A stretch of DNA of 64,000 nt from Nitrospirota bacterium (GTDB taxonomy: Bacteria; Nitrospirota; UBA9217): the NCBI GenBank assembly GCA_963754875.1, contig CAVWHO010000005.1, positions 68,167 to 132,166 of the forward strand. Reading direction: 5' to 3'. This document shows positions 53,242 through 62,169 of the stretch, piece after piece. The notes beneath the pieces were generated by a model. The model was given only the letters and a program-made list of their open reading frames with translations, was not told where the DNA came from and did no database searches. Position 1 is the stretch's first letter. Each line of letters starts with the position of its first letter. A program made the position numbers and the translations under genes.

Positions 53242-53338
53242 ATGGTTTAACTGGTTTAACAAACCCTGAAGCTGAAGAACAACATCCCGGCGCGTTTTCT
53301 CGTTGGATTATTCGGGAGTAGGAAAAGAGGATTTACGC

Positions 53339-53902
53339 TCAGGCTTTGTTAATCACTATTGTTCGCTTCTCCGTTACGATCTTTTTTACCGGGATATCGA
53401 GCGCAGAGATCGGAACCTGGGGTACAATCTGTATCTCAAATGCAAGCGCAGCGGTCTCTTTTTTATACAGAGGAAGTATCCTGTCATAAAACCCGGCCCC
53501 ATACCCCAGCCGGTTGCCGTTCAGATCAAACGCGAGGCCGGGCACAATCATAAAATCGACGTCATGAATCGTAACCGGCAGGATTTCGCGGGGCTCGGGG
53601 ATGCCCCATGCGCCCGGAGCAATGTCTTTATCAAAATCCCGTATTTCGAAGAGGCCTAAATCCTTGCCCTTGACTTTCGGGAGAATAGTCCGCTTGCCCA
53701 TTGCCAGCGAATGCCGGATCATCGGCAGTGTATCAACTTCGCTCCGAAAGGATGCAAAGAACATTACCACCGACGCTGACTGGAACTCGGGAAGCAAAAA
53801 GAGCCTCTGCTCGATATCGCGGCTTTTGGACTCGCGCTCTTCCCGCGACAGGCTGCCCCTCGCTTCGGCTACCTGTTTTCTCAGAGATGTTTTTGATTTC
53901 AA
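53339..53902 (-). CDS. ygfA: 5-formyltetrahydrofolate cyclo-ligase
   Basis: SFRSEVDT, WGIPEP, VPGLAFD..GNRLGYGAGFYDR, IVTE. Confidence 0.94.
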   Translation of the reverse strand: MKSKTSLRKQVAEARGSLSREERESKSRDIEQRLFLLPEFQSASVVMFFASFRSEVDTLPMIRHSLAMGKRTILPKVKGKDLGLFEIRDFDKDIAPGAWGIPEPREILPVTIHDVDFMIVPGLAFDLNGNRLGYGAGFYDRILPLYKKETAALAFEIQIVPQVPISALDIPVKKIVTEKRTIVINKA

Positions 53903-54022
53903 TGGTGTATGGGTTGTTAGAGATAACCTTTTTCTACCGAACGATAATAAGTACTTATAATAACATGAAAAAAAATTATAATCCAGTCTTTTTTAAAACG
54001 CTCCCGCCGTATTTGACGGGGC

Positions 54023-54814
54023 TTACTTGTCCGAAGTTGCCTGCATCAAACGGTCAAGTGATGCCTTGATGACCTTTGCTTCTTCTACAGCCCGGGGAGA
54101 TGCATCATAAGGGGATTTGCCGTCAAGGTCCGCCTTGACCGTATCATCGGCGTAGCTCATGAAACCCAAAACCCGCATGCCCTCGAGATGTTTTAGGATG
54201 AAGTCTTTATCTGATTCCTGTTTAATCTTATTGCCGACAACAAACACATTCTTGATTCCCAGCCCCTTTGCCAGGTTTTCCACGTGCCGCGCCGTCTGAA
54301 GGCTCCGCTGGCCTGGCTCAACCACCACAATGAAGGCATTGACCCCACTCGCCGTACCGCGCGTCAGGTGTTCGATACCGGCCTCCATATCGAGAATGAC
54401 CACTTCGTCACGTCGCAGAATCAGATGGCTCACCAGGCGTCGCAGCAATACATGTTCAGGACAATAACACCCGGCTGCTGCCTCTTTTGATTTACCCATG
54501 ACGAGAAGTCGCACCCCCTCGTGCTGGACTCCGTAAGCCTCGGGGATGTCATCCACCTTTGGGTTGATACTGAACATCCCGCCGGGGGCGCCGGGACGCG
54601 AGCCGGTCCGCTCTTCGATCATGTCGGACTGTTCAGCAAGCGGCAATGCCCGTGCTGCTAATTCCGGCGCAATGCCGAGCGCTGATGCAAGATTTGCATC
54701 CGGATCGGCATCAACAGCCAGAACTTTTTTACCCGCAGCCGAATAGAGCCGGGCCAGGAGGCCGGCCAGCGTGGTTTTTCCCACACCGCCCTTGCCTGTA
54801 ATCGCAATTTTCAA
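54023..54814 (-). CDS. cooC: CO dehydrogenase maturation ATPase CooC
   Basis: KIAITGKGGVGKTT, DADPDANL, NPKVDDIP, GCYCPE, DMEAGIEHLTRGT; TTG start. Confidence 0.92.
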   Translation of the reverse strand: MKIAITGKGGVGKTTLAGLLARLYSAAGKKVLAVDADPDANLASALGIAPELAARALPLAEQSDMIEERTGSRPGAPGGMFSINPKVDDIPEAYGVQHEGVRLLVMGKSKEAAAGCYCPEHVLLRRLVSHLILRRDEVVILDMEAGIEHLTRGTASGVNAFIVVVEPGQRSLQTARHVENLAKGLGIKNVFVVGNKIKQESDKDFILKHLEGMRVLGFMSYADDTVKADLDGKSPYDASPRAVEEAKVIKASLDRLMQATSDK

Positions 54815-55005
54815 GCACATCTCCTCGAAAAGACTGCGATAAAATAACATCTACCCTGCGGAAGTGTCAAGGTTTTTTTGTCCTTAACAAGAAGCTACGA
54901 ATAGTAACACTGATATTTTAGTATGATATTTTTTTCGGGTCATCGTTGCTGTTTCATTGCAAAGGTCTAAAGATATGGACCAATTTTCCCGATAAAAGAG
55001 ACACA

Positions 55006-56655
55006 ATGAAGCTTAAAGAATACATACCCTACATAGTGATTTTTTTGATCTGTTTCTTCGGCGGGCTCGTGATTGCATTGGGCTGGCACAAAATCATTGT
55101 GAAAAGACATGCTGCGCCGCTTACAGCAAGTTCAACGTCCACTGTTTCACGGTCAACGGGCAGCGCCCCTGCCCTGCTGTCGAAAGCGACATCTACTGCG
55201 ATAACCGAAATAACGCCGACTGCTCAACCCGCGCCGACAGTAAAAGGCATTTCCTCCGCCCAGTTGAAACCCAATGCTCAACCGGCTCTGCAAACAGCAC
55301 AGACTCCGACAATTGCTCCGGGATGCGATATCATCCTGCTTATAGACAGTTCCGGGAGCATGAAGCACACGGACCCCGGAGACTACCGCAAGAATGCAGC
55401 CAAGCTGTTCATTTCTCTTCTCGACAGGAACGACCGCATTGGCGTCATGGGATTCGGGAATGCAGCGACGCTGCTACAACCTCTCACCCAGAATATTGGA
55501 CAGAATCGACAGGCACTTTTTGACGCTGTTGAAAAAATTACTTCAAGGGAATTGCACACCAACATTACCGAGGCGGTCCGGCAAGGCCTTAACGAACTGG
55601 AAAAGTCTCGTCAGCGGAACCGGATTATGGTATTGATGTCGGACGGCAGGATCGATCTCGGGTCCAAGGAAAGGGACGACCTGTCAACATCCGTCCTGAT
55701 GGGCATTCTCCCCGAGCTGGCTCGAGAACAGATCCCCCTCTACACTGTCGCGTTCACGCAGGAGTCCGACCGCGCCCTGCTCGAAAACATGGCGAAAGCG
55801 ACGGGAGGCTCCTTCCGCTTTGCCCGAGAAGACAAAGACGTGCACGTCATGTTTGCATCGATTTTCGAAAGGATCAAGTCGCCCGATGCCGTCCCCTTCG
55901 TCGGCGAGTCGTTTACCATTGACCGCGAGATCCGGGAAGCGACCGTCCTCGTTACGAAAAAACCGGGAACCGCGCTCTCTCTCATGGACCCATCGGGCAA
56001 GAAGCACCAGGCAACAACACATGACACCCATATCGCCTGGTTCGAGTCTTCGGTCTTTGATATGATCACGATTCAGGAGCCTGCGGCAGGTATTTGGAAC
56101 GTGAAGCTGAGTTCGAACGAAGGAAACAAGGTATACGTATTAACGAGCCTACACCTCAAGAGCTCCTTTGACGGACACGACGTGGTCCGGGGACAGACGG
56201 TGACAATCGACGCATGGCTTGAGAAGGCGGGCGGGACCGCGCTCGAACGGGCTGTACTTGAGAACACGACGTTTTCAGCCAACATTACCGGACCTGATGG
56301 AAAGACATCAACGGTGGCACTTTCTCGAGCAACAAAACCGGCGTCGCCGACCCAGAATGGTACTTTTTCCGGCATCATTCCCGCCCTCGCCGCAGGCGAT
56401 TACACGGTGGATATTGTAGCAGCGGGAAAGACGTTCCAGCGGCGGATAACGGTCCCCTTCAAAGTGATCGGCGCACCCGAAAAGCCCGCCATCCAACAAG
56501 GTGCCTCTCACTCAATACAGGCAACTGCGCGCGAAGACGTCTCCTGGTTGTCCGTTCTGGTCAAATTCGGGATTATTAATCTCGCGGTCATCGGCCTGGG
56601 TGCCGCCGTGGCTGGCACACGAATCATGGTCGTCAAAATGAGGACAAGACGATGA
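55006..56655 (+). CDS. Membrane-anchored VWA-domain protein
   Basis: N-terminal TM, S/T/P/A-rich linker, MIDAS LLIDSSGSM...T...MSDG, beta-rich C-terminal region, C-terminal TM. Confidence 0.85.
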   Translation: MKLKEYIPYIVIFLICFFGGLVIALGWHKIIVKRHAAPLTASSTSTVSRSTGSAPALLSKATSTAITEITPTAQPAPTVKGISSAQLKPNAQPALQTAQTPTIAPGCDIILLIDSSGSMKHTDPGDYRKNAAKLFISLLDRNDRIGVMGFGNAATLLQPLTQNIGQNRQALFDAVEKITSRELHTNITEAVRQGLNELEKSRQRNRIMVLMSDGRIDLGSKERDDLSTSVLMGILPELAREQIPLYTVAFTQESDRALLENMAKATGGSFRFAREDKDVHVMFASIFERIKSPDAVPFVGESFTIDREIREATVLVTKKPGTALSLMDPSGKKHQATTHDTHIAWFESSVFDMITIQEPAAGIWNVKLSSNEGNKVYVLTSLHLKSSFDGHDVVRGQTVTIDAWLEKAGGTALERAVLENTTFSANITGPDGKTSTVALSRATKPASPTQNGTFSGIIPALAAGDYTVDIVAAGKTFQRRITVPFKVIGAPEKPAIQQGASHSIQATAREDVSWLSVLVKFGIINLAVIGLGAAVAGTRIMVVKMRTRR

Positions 56656-57074
56656 TAAAACTGAATCCGCTCTATCTCCTGTTGCTTATTGAACTTTCCG
56701 GTATCTTGGCGGGCGGACTTGTCGTTCTCCTGCTCAGGAGCAGGAAATACAGGAGTCTCTATCAGGAAGTGCTGAAAGACCTCGTGGGAGCAAAACAGAT
56801 ACAAGAAGACCTACGGAAAAAGCTTGCCCTGGCACGGAACAGTGCGCCTGATGCCGCCCGCGGTGCCGAGCACATTCAGGCGCACAAGGGCACAGAAGGA
56901 ACGGATGAACTCGAGGTATTACGAACAAAACTTCGTTCTGTTGAGGAGGAGCTAAAGGAGAAGAACCACAAGATGGAACAGCTGCAGTTGAAGTTTGCCG
57001 ATCTGGAAAAAGAATATGTGGTGCTTTACCAGCAGCAGCAAAGCCAGCAGCAGGAACAGCCAGACATCCCCTGA
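56652..57074 (+). CDS. Single-TM coiled-coil hypothetical protein
   Basis: ATGA overlap with the VWA gene; N-terminal TM then heptad-rich helices (LEKEY). Confidence 0.75.
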   Translation: MIKLNPLYLLLLIELSGILAGGLVVLLLRSRKYRSLYQEVLKDLVGAKQIQEDLRKKLALARNSAPDAARGAEHIQAHKGTEGTDELEVLRTKLRSVEEELKEKNHKMEQLQLKFADLEKEYVVLYQQQQSQQQEQPDIP

Positions 57075-57162
57075 ACGGAACGTACTCCGGTATGGTTGCG
57101 AACGTTAAAACGCCACGGCGAGCTGGGCTGCGTGACGAATTTCTGTCGTAATCCATACTGCC

Positions 57163-57540
57163 CTACCTGGTCTCGGGGTAAAGCTTTTCAATAAGCGTAT
57201 GGAGATCGCTTGGTTGAAAGGGTTTTTTCACGTACCCCTTTGCTCCGAGGGCGAGGCCCCGCATCGTGTCCTCCTCCTTCCCCTCTGTGCTCACGATGAT
57301 GATTGGAATGTCGTCATATTTTCCGAGATCCTTCAGTTTTTTGATGAACTCGAGGCCGTTCATCAGCGGCATATTAATATCGAGAAGAATCAGGTTCGCG
57401 TCAGGATTTTTTGCCAGTTTGTCCAGCCCCTCTTGGCCGTTCAAGGCATCGATGATATCGCACTTATAACGCATCAGCACCATTTTGTACATCTGGTGAA
57501 TCAGTGCTGAATCATCAACAACAAGAACTTTTTTCAACAT
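57163..57540 (-). CDS. Single-domain response regulator (CheY-like)
   Basis: VLVVDDS, LLDINMPLMNG, IVST, YVKKPF. Confidence 0.92.
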   Translation of the reverse strand: MLKKVLVVDDSALIHQMYKMVLMRYKCDIIDALNGQEGLDKLAKNPDANLILLDINMPLMNGLEFIKKLKDLGKYDDIPIIIVSTEGKEEDTMRGLALGAKGYVKKPFQPSDLHTLIEKLYPETR

Positions 57541-57934
57541 TGCTTACTCCTCCCCTCATAAAACTTCATGGCAGTCTCCCGGCCCTTGCGATACGCATCA
57601 TGACGAGCGACCATTCACTGCTTGGCCGGAATTCCCCTGTCGCCTACCCGCCGCATAATAAGTTCTTCATATCGATCGGTTTCGTGTAACCGTTTAATTG
57701 TTCTCTCTTATTGTCTCAAAACCGGTCAGTGCGTGTCGTCTGAATGACACGAATTGTCAGAACATGATTACGAAGCTATGTCCTCATAAACAGCATAGAC
57801 GAAGAATCGCTCTTTTGCAAGATATTGTCAATCACCAAGCCAGGGTATATTTGGGGTAGAGAGAATGCACGAGAATCCGCCTTGCTTTTGAAAAATAAAG
57901 ATGTTACATTCGGAAAGAACGAAGGATCCAAAGA

Positions 57935-58984
57935 ATGACCGCAGAAAAAATTAACATCAAATCTCTGACTCGTGACGAACTTCTGGCGCGTCTCGTCGAT
58001 CAGGGGCTTAAAAAATTTCGTGCAGACCAGATCCTCATGTGGCTATACACGCACCATGCCCGATCTTTCGACGATATGACGAATATCGCGAAGCTGGAGC
58101 GCACACAGCTCGCATCCTCTTTTTACATTCCCATTCCAAAAATCATCACCACGGAAACATCTCTTGACGGTACAAAAAAGTTTCTTTTCGAGCTCGTGGA
58201 CAGCCATACCGTGGAAAGCGTGCTTATCCCCGATGAGGACCGGCAGACGCTGTGCATCTCTTCCCAAGTAGGCTGCCAACAGGCGTGCCGGTTCTGTCTT
58301 ACCGGAAGCGGGGGTTTTACGAGAGACCTCAAGGCACACGAAATCGTCGACCAGGTGCTGGAAGTTTCCCGAATTCTGAAGGAAGAGGGAACACGGGGCA
58401 TTACCAACATCGTGCTCATGGGCATGGGCGAACCGCTCGCAAACTTCGACGAGGTCGTTAAGGCAATAAAGCTCATCACGTCCACGACGGGACTCGGGTT
58501 TTCGCCGCGCCGGGTGACGGTCTCAACGGACGGGCTGGTCCCGGAAATAGGGAAGCTCGGACGCTCGGGAGTGAAGGTGAATTTGGCTGTGTCCTTAAAC
58601 GCAACGACCGACGAAGTGCGGGACAGGATCATGCCCGTGAACAGGCGCTATCCGATTAAGGAGCTCCTGGCTGCCTGCAAACGCTTCCCCCTGGAACCGA
58701 GACGCAGGATCACCTTTGAATATGTGCTGTTGCGGGGGGTGAATGATTCCGTGGAAGACGCGCAAAGGCTTACGAAGCTGCTGCAAGGGATCAAGTGCAA
58801 GGTAAATCTCATCCCGTTCAATCCCTTTCCGGGCAGCGAGTTCAAAAGACCCGAGGATGGAGCGGTGCAGCGCTTCCGGAAAATCCTGGTCAACGCCAAC
58901 TACACCGCACTTGTGCGCGAATCGCGCGGACAGGACATTTCTGCTGCCTGCGGACAGTTGCGCGAGAAGGCAGCGGCGGCATAA
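57935..58984 (+). CDS. rlmN: Dual-specificity RNA methyltransferase RlmN
   Basis: CISSQVGCQQACRFC, MGMGEPL, TFEYV, NLIPFN, DISAACGQL. Confidence 0.97.
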   Translation: MTAEKINIKSLTRDELLARLVDQGLKKFRADQILMWLYTHHARSFDDMTNIAKLERTQLASSFYIPIPKIITTETSLDGTKKFLFELVDSHTVESVLIPDEDRQTLCISSQVGCQQACRFCLTGSGGFTRDLKAHEIVDQVLEVSRILKEEGTRGITNIVLMGMGEPLANFDEVVKAIKLITSTTGLGFSPRRVTVSTDGLVPEIGKLGRSGVKVNLAVSLNATTDEVRDRIMPVNRRYPIKELLAACKRFPLEPRRRITFEYVLLRGVNDSVEDAQRLTKLLQGIKCKVNLIPFNPFPGSEFKRPEDGAVQRFRKILVNANYTALVRESRGQDISAACGQLREKAAAA

Positions 58985-58993
58985 GAACAGTCC

Positions 58994-59359
58994 CTATCCC
59001 CAATAGATACCTGTTGGATCGCGGTCAAGCTCAGCAAGGATCAGATCCAGATTCTTCACCGGCGCAAGCCCTTCGTCCTCGCGCCATCTGCTATTCCGGT
59101 CTCGCCAAAAAAGCATCCACGTTTGGGCCTTCGGGTTATAGCGGAGTTTTGCAACGGCGGATGAAGACCATTCCGTGAGGCTTTCGGTCCATGGCGGGCG
59201 GTGTTCAAATATCGTTACCGAGTTGCCGCGGAACGTGTACGAAAGCCGGATTTGATCCGCCAATTTCGGAGGCACGCGCTTACCAAGGAAGGCATCCAGT
59301 TTCTTTTCGACCAAGTTTTGCGTCGCTGCGGGAAGAGGCACAGGCCACTCCACACTCAT
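58994..59359 (-). CDS. DUF3024-like protein
   Basis: RVPP...IFEHRPPW...VAKLRY...W.LFWRDRN.RW...DPTGIYWG. Confidence 0.8.
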   Translation of the reverse strand: MSVEWPVPLPAATQNLVEKKLDAFLGKRVPPKLADQIRLSYTFRGNSVTIFEHRPPWTESLTEWSSSAVAKLRYNPKAQTWMLFWRDRNSRWREDEGLAPVKNLDLILAELDRDPTGIYWG

Positions 59360-59462
59360 CTATTCGCCAAATATGCCCTTACCAGTTACCACAAGTGTTA
59401 TTATTTAAGCCTATGTATGGTAACGGCCAAGGAGTTTGATGGATATGTTCGTCCAATAACAA

Positions 59463-61063
59463 TCAAGATTGCGGTGATGATTTACCATTACCGAGGTCGG
59501 TAACGATCTCCCTGAACTGCTCCAACGCCGCCTCAAGGTCTTCCACGATCTCCAGTGCAATGACATCAGGATCAGGCAGGTTGTCGGAGGCTTCGAGAGA
59601 GTCGTCCTTGAGCCAGAAGATGTCGAGGCTCGCCTTGTCGCGGCTGACGAGTTCGTCATAATTATAAGACCGCCAGCGGCCTTCATTCCCTACTTCCTCG
59701 CCTTTCCGGGGAGAGGACCGAGGTGAGGGGGTAGCCTTTTCTTTCCACGTGGCCTTGCGCTGATGGCGATCTAAACTTCCCCCCTTTGGCAAGGGGGGGA
59801 TTGAGGGGGGGTTGGTTTTGGACACGTTCAAGCCGAAATAGCAGGCAAAAAACTCGTCGAGGTCTGAGCGCTGGAGGGAGCTCGTCTTGAGAGTGAAGTG
59901 CATGTTCGTGCGGAGGTCGTAGATCCAGAGCTTCTTTGTCCAAGGTGTTTCGCTTGCCGGCTTTTTGTCGAAGAACAGCACGTTCGCCTTCACACCCTGG
60001 GCGCAGAACAGGCCCGTAGGCAGGCGCAGGAGGGTATGCACGTCGCACTCGTGCAGGAGCTTTCTCCTGACCGTCTCCCCTGCCCCGCCTTCGAACAGGA
60101 CGTTATCCGGCACAACAACTGCCGCGCGGCCATTCTGTTTTAAAAGGGTCTTTACATGCTGGATGAAATTGAGCTGTTTGTTTGACGTCGTGGCCCAGAA
60201 GTCCTGGCGATCGATGATATCGGTCTCCCGGGATACTTTGCCGTTCTCGGCAACGATGGTGGTGCTGCTCTTCTTGCCGAAGGGAGGATTGGTCAGTACG
60301 ATATCGAACCGGTCACCGGGGTCGGCAGCAAGAGAATCCGAAACGATGATAGGAAGGTCCTTGTCGGTCCCGATGCTGTGGAGCATCAGGTTCATGGCGC
60401 AGAGCCGGGCCGTGCTCTGAACCAGCTCCCAGCCCTTAAAGGTGGAGCCTTTGAGTTTGCGCTTCTCATCGGCGCTCATGTTCGGGTTATGCTTTACCAC
60501 GTAATCGTGCGCAGCAAGGAGAAAGCCCCCGGTCCCGCACGCAGGATCGCAGAGGGTCTCTTTCGGCTTCGGCTGGATCACGTCAACCACGGCATGGATC
60601 AAAGGACGGGGAGTGAAGTACTGGCCAGCGCCGGACTTGGTATCCTGTGCGTTCTTCTCCAGGAGGCCTTCGTATGCGTCCCCTTTTACATCAGCGCTCA
60701 TCACCGACCAGTTTTCCTTATCGATCAGGTCGACGACAAGACGTCGTAATTTCGAAGGGTCCTGGAACTCGTTCTGGGATTTATTGAAGATCAGCCCGAG
60801 CAGACCTTTTTCATTGCCGAGACTTTCGAGCATATGGCGGTAATGATCGAAGAGATCGTCGCCGTCCTTCTTGAGTAGGGTGGGCCAGTGTACTTCGCGG
60901 GCACGGCACTCGGCTGGTTGTACGGCGCTTTCGTGCGCTCGTCGGCCATCTTGAGGAACAGCAGATGCGTAAGCTGCTCCACGTAATCGCCGTAGCTCAT
61001 CCCATCGTCTCGGAGGACGTTACAGTAGTTCCAGAGTTTTGAAACGATTGCAGCTGAGGTCAT
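59463..61063 (-). CDS. hsdM: Type I restriction-modification methyltransferase subunit M (one-base deletion ~60890; possibly decaying)
   Basis: IVSKLWNYCNVLRDDG, GAGQYFTPR, DPACGTGGFL, NPPF (N6-adenine MTase), LRLPTG, SLDIFWLKD. Confidence 0.9.
59694..59811 (-). repeat. Two GC-rich palindromic repeat units inserted in frame in hsdM
   Basis: CCCCCCCTCAATCCCCCCCTTGCCAAAGGGGGGAAG (59776-59811) and CCCCCTCACCTCGGTCCTCTCCCCGGAAAGGCGAGGAA (59694-59731). Confidence 0.75.
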
Positions 61064-61103
61064 AAACTGATAATGCCTTTCCTGCCATCTCTAACCACGA
61101 ATC

Positions 61104-61361
61104 TTATCTATTCTGTAGCTTCGGTTGTTTACGTGCAGTCATGAAGTCAGCTGAGAACTTGTCCAGGTGATTTATCAGCTCGTCCCAGGGAGCTGTTCGG
61201 AAAGATTCGTCCTCTACAAACAGACCACAAGTCTCACAGTGATGAGTTACAATTAAATGCCGGTCCCTATTCTTGCACCCCGCACCGCGCCTCGTCTCCT
61301 GCGTCGGTCGCATGTTCCGCACGCTCATGCAATGCGGACAGTATCCAACAAACATACTCAT
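61104..61361 (-). CDS. Zinc-ribbon protein with VapB-like C-terminal tail
   Basis: CPHC...CETC then PWDELINHLDKFSADFMTARKQPKLQNR. Confidence 0.55.
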   Translation of the reverse strand: MSMFVGYCPHCMSVRNMRPTQETRRGAGCKNRDRHLIVTHHCETCGLFVEDESFRTAPWDELINHLDKFSADFMTARKQPKLQNR

Positions 61362-61378
61362 GCAGGCCGATGTCTCTG

Positions 61379-61783
61379 TTACAGAAGCTCGACCGACTTT
61401 ATGCTTTTGACCTTTTCGTAAAGCTTTCTGTCTGCGGTTACGAATGTACATTTGAGCCTCCTGCTGAGCTCAACATAAGCAGCGTCATAGCCTGTTATTT
61501 TGTATTTCCTGGATAAGACAAGACCGCCTTGAAATTCTTCCAATCCAAGATCAAACCGTTCGAGGGAGAAATCCCAGAGAAGCGAAAATACCTCTGCAAT
61601 GGCCGCTTCGGTAAGCCGTGTCTTTGTTGCCAATACATTGCCGATCTCATAGAATAGCAGGTCGGGCACCGCTACGATCTCATGCCCGGCGACATGAGCG
61701 TCCTTCAAACGGGCCGCGCGTTCTCCACCATCTTCGTCATCGAATATCCACTTGAGGACCACTGAGGCGTCCAGGACGATCAT
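61379..61783 (-). CDS. PIN-domain (VapC) toxin
   Basis: MIVLDASVVLKW, EIGN, YDAAYV, VTAD. Confidence 0.92.
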   Translation of the reverse strand: MIVLDASVVLKWIFDDEDGGERAARLKDAHVAGHEIVAVPDLLFYEIGNVLATKTRLTEAAIAEVFSLLWDFSLERFDLGLEEFQGGLVLSRKYKITGYDAAYVELSRRLKCTFVTADRKLYEKVKSIKSVELL

Positions 61784-62058
61784 CGACGCTCCCGTGCTTC
61801 CCGGATAGCTTTTACGACGTCCAGGTGAGCGGTCTCTTTCCGGTGTTCCTTCTTCCAGGCATCCATTCGGCTGGACAGCTCCTTGAGCTTCCTCCCCCGG
61901 TCGCCTTTCAGCACCTTGTCCTGATACTCGTCCGCGGAAATGAGGACCGCGAGGGGCTTGTTTGCCCGGGTGATCGTCACGGGTTCATGCCCTTCCGCAA
62001 CGGAATTGAGCACGCTGCCCAGTTTCTTGCGCAGATCGAGCGCGGTTACGGTTTTCAT
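61780..62058 (-). CDS. Phd/YefM family antitoxin
   Basis: MKTVTALDLRKKLGSVL...PVTITRANKPLAVLIS; ATGA overlap with toxin; TTGACA-17-TATATT promoter and GGAGG RBS upstream. Confidence 0.9.
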   Translation of the reverse strand: MKTVTALDLRKKLGSVLNSVAEGHEPVTITRANKPLAVLISADEYQDKVLKGDRGRKLKELSSRMDAWKKEHRKETAHLDVVKAIREARERR

Positions 62059-62169
62059 GCAAAACCTCCTTGCCTTCATGAGCTATAATATAGACTATCA
62101 TAGCAGGTATGTCAACAGCAGTTTAACGGCTTAAGCGGCTTAAGTGTCACCCATTTAAAGGGCACCGTC

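Noticed and set aside
53903..54022. 6S RNA expected upstream of ygfA
   Set aside because: The spacer is only ~120 nt, AT-rich, and lacks the long rod-like self-complementarity of 6S.
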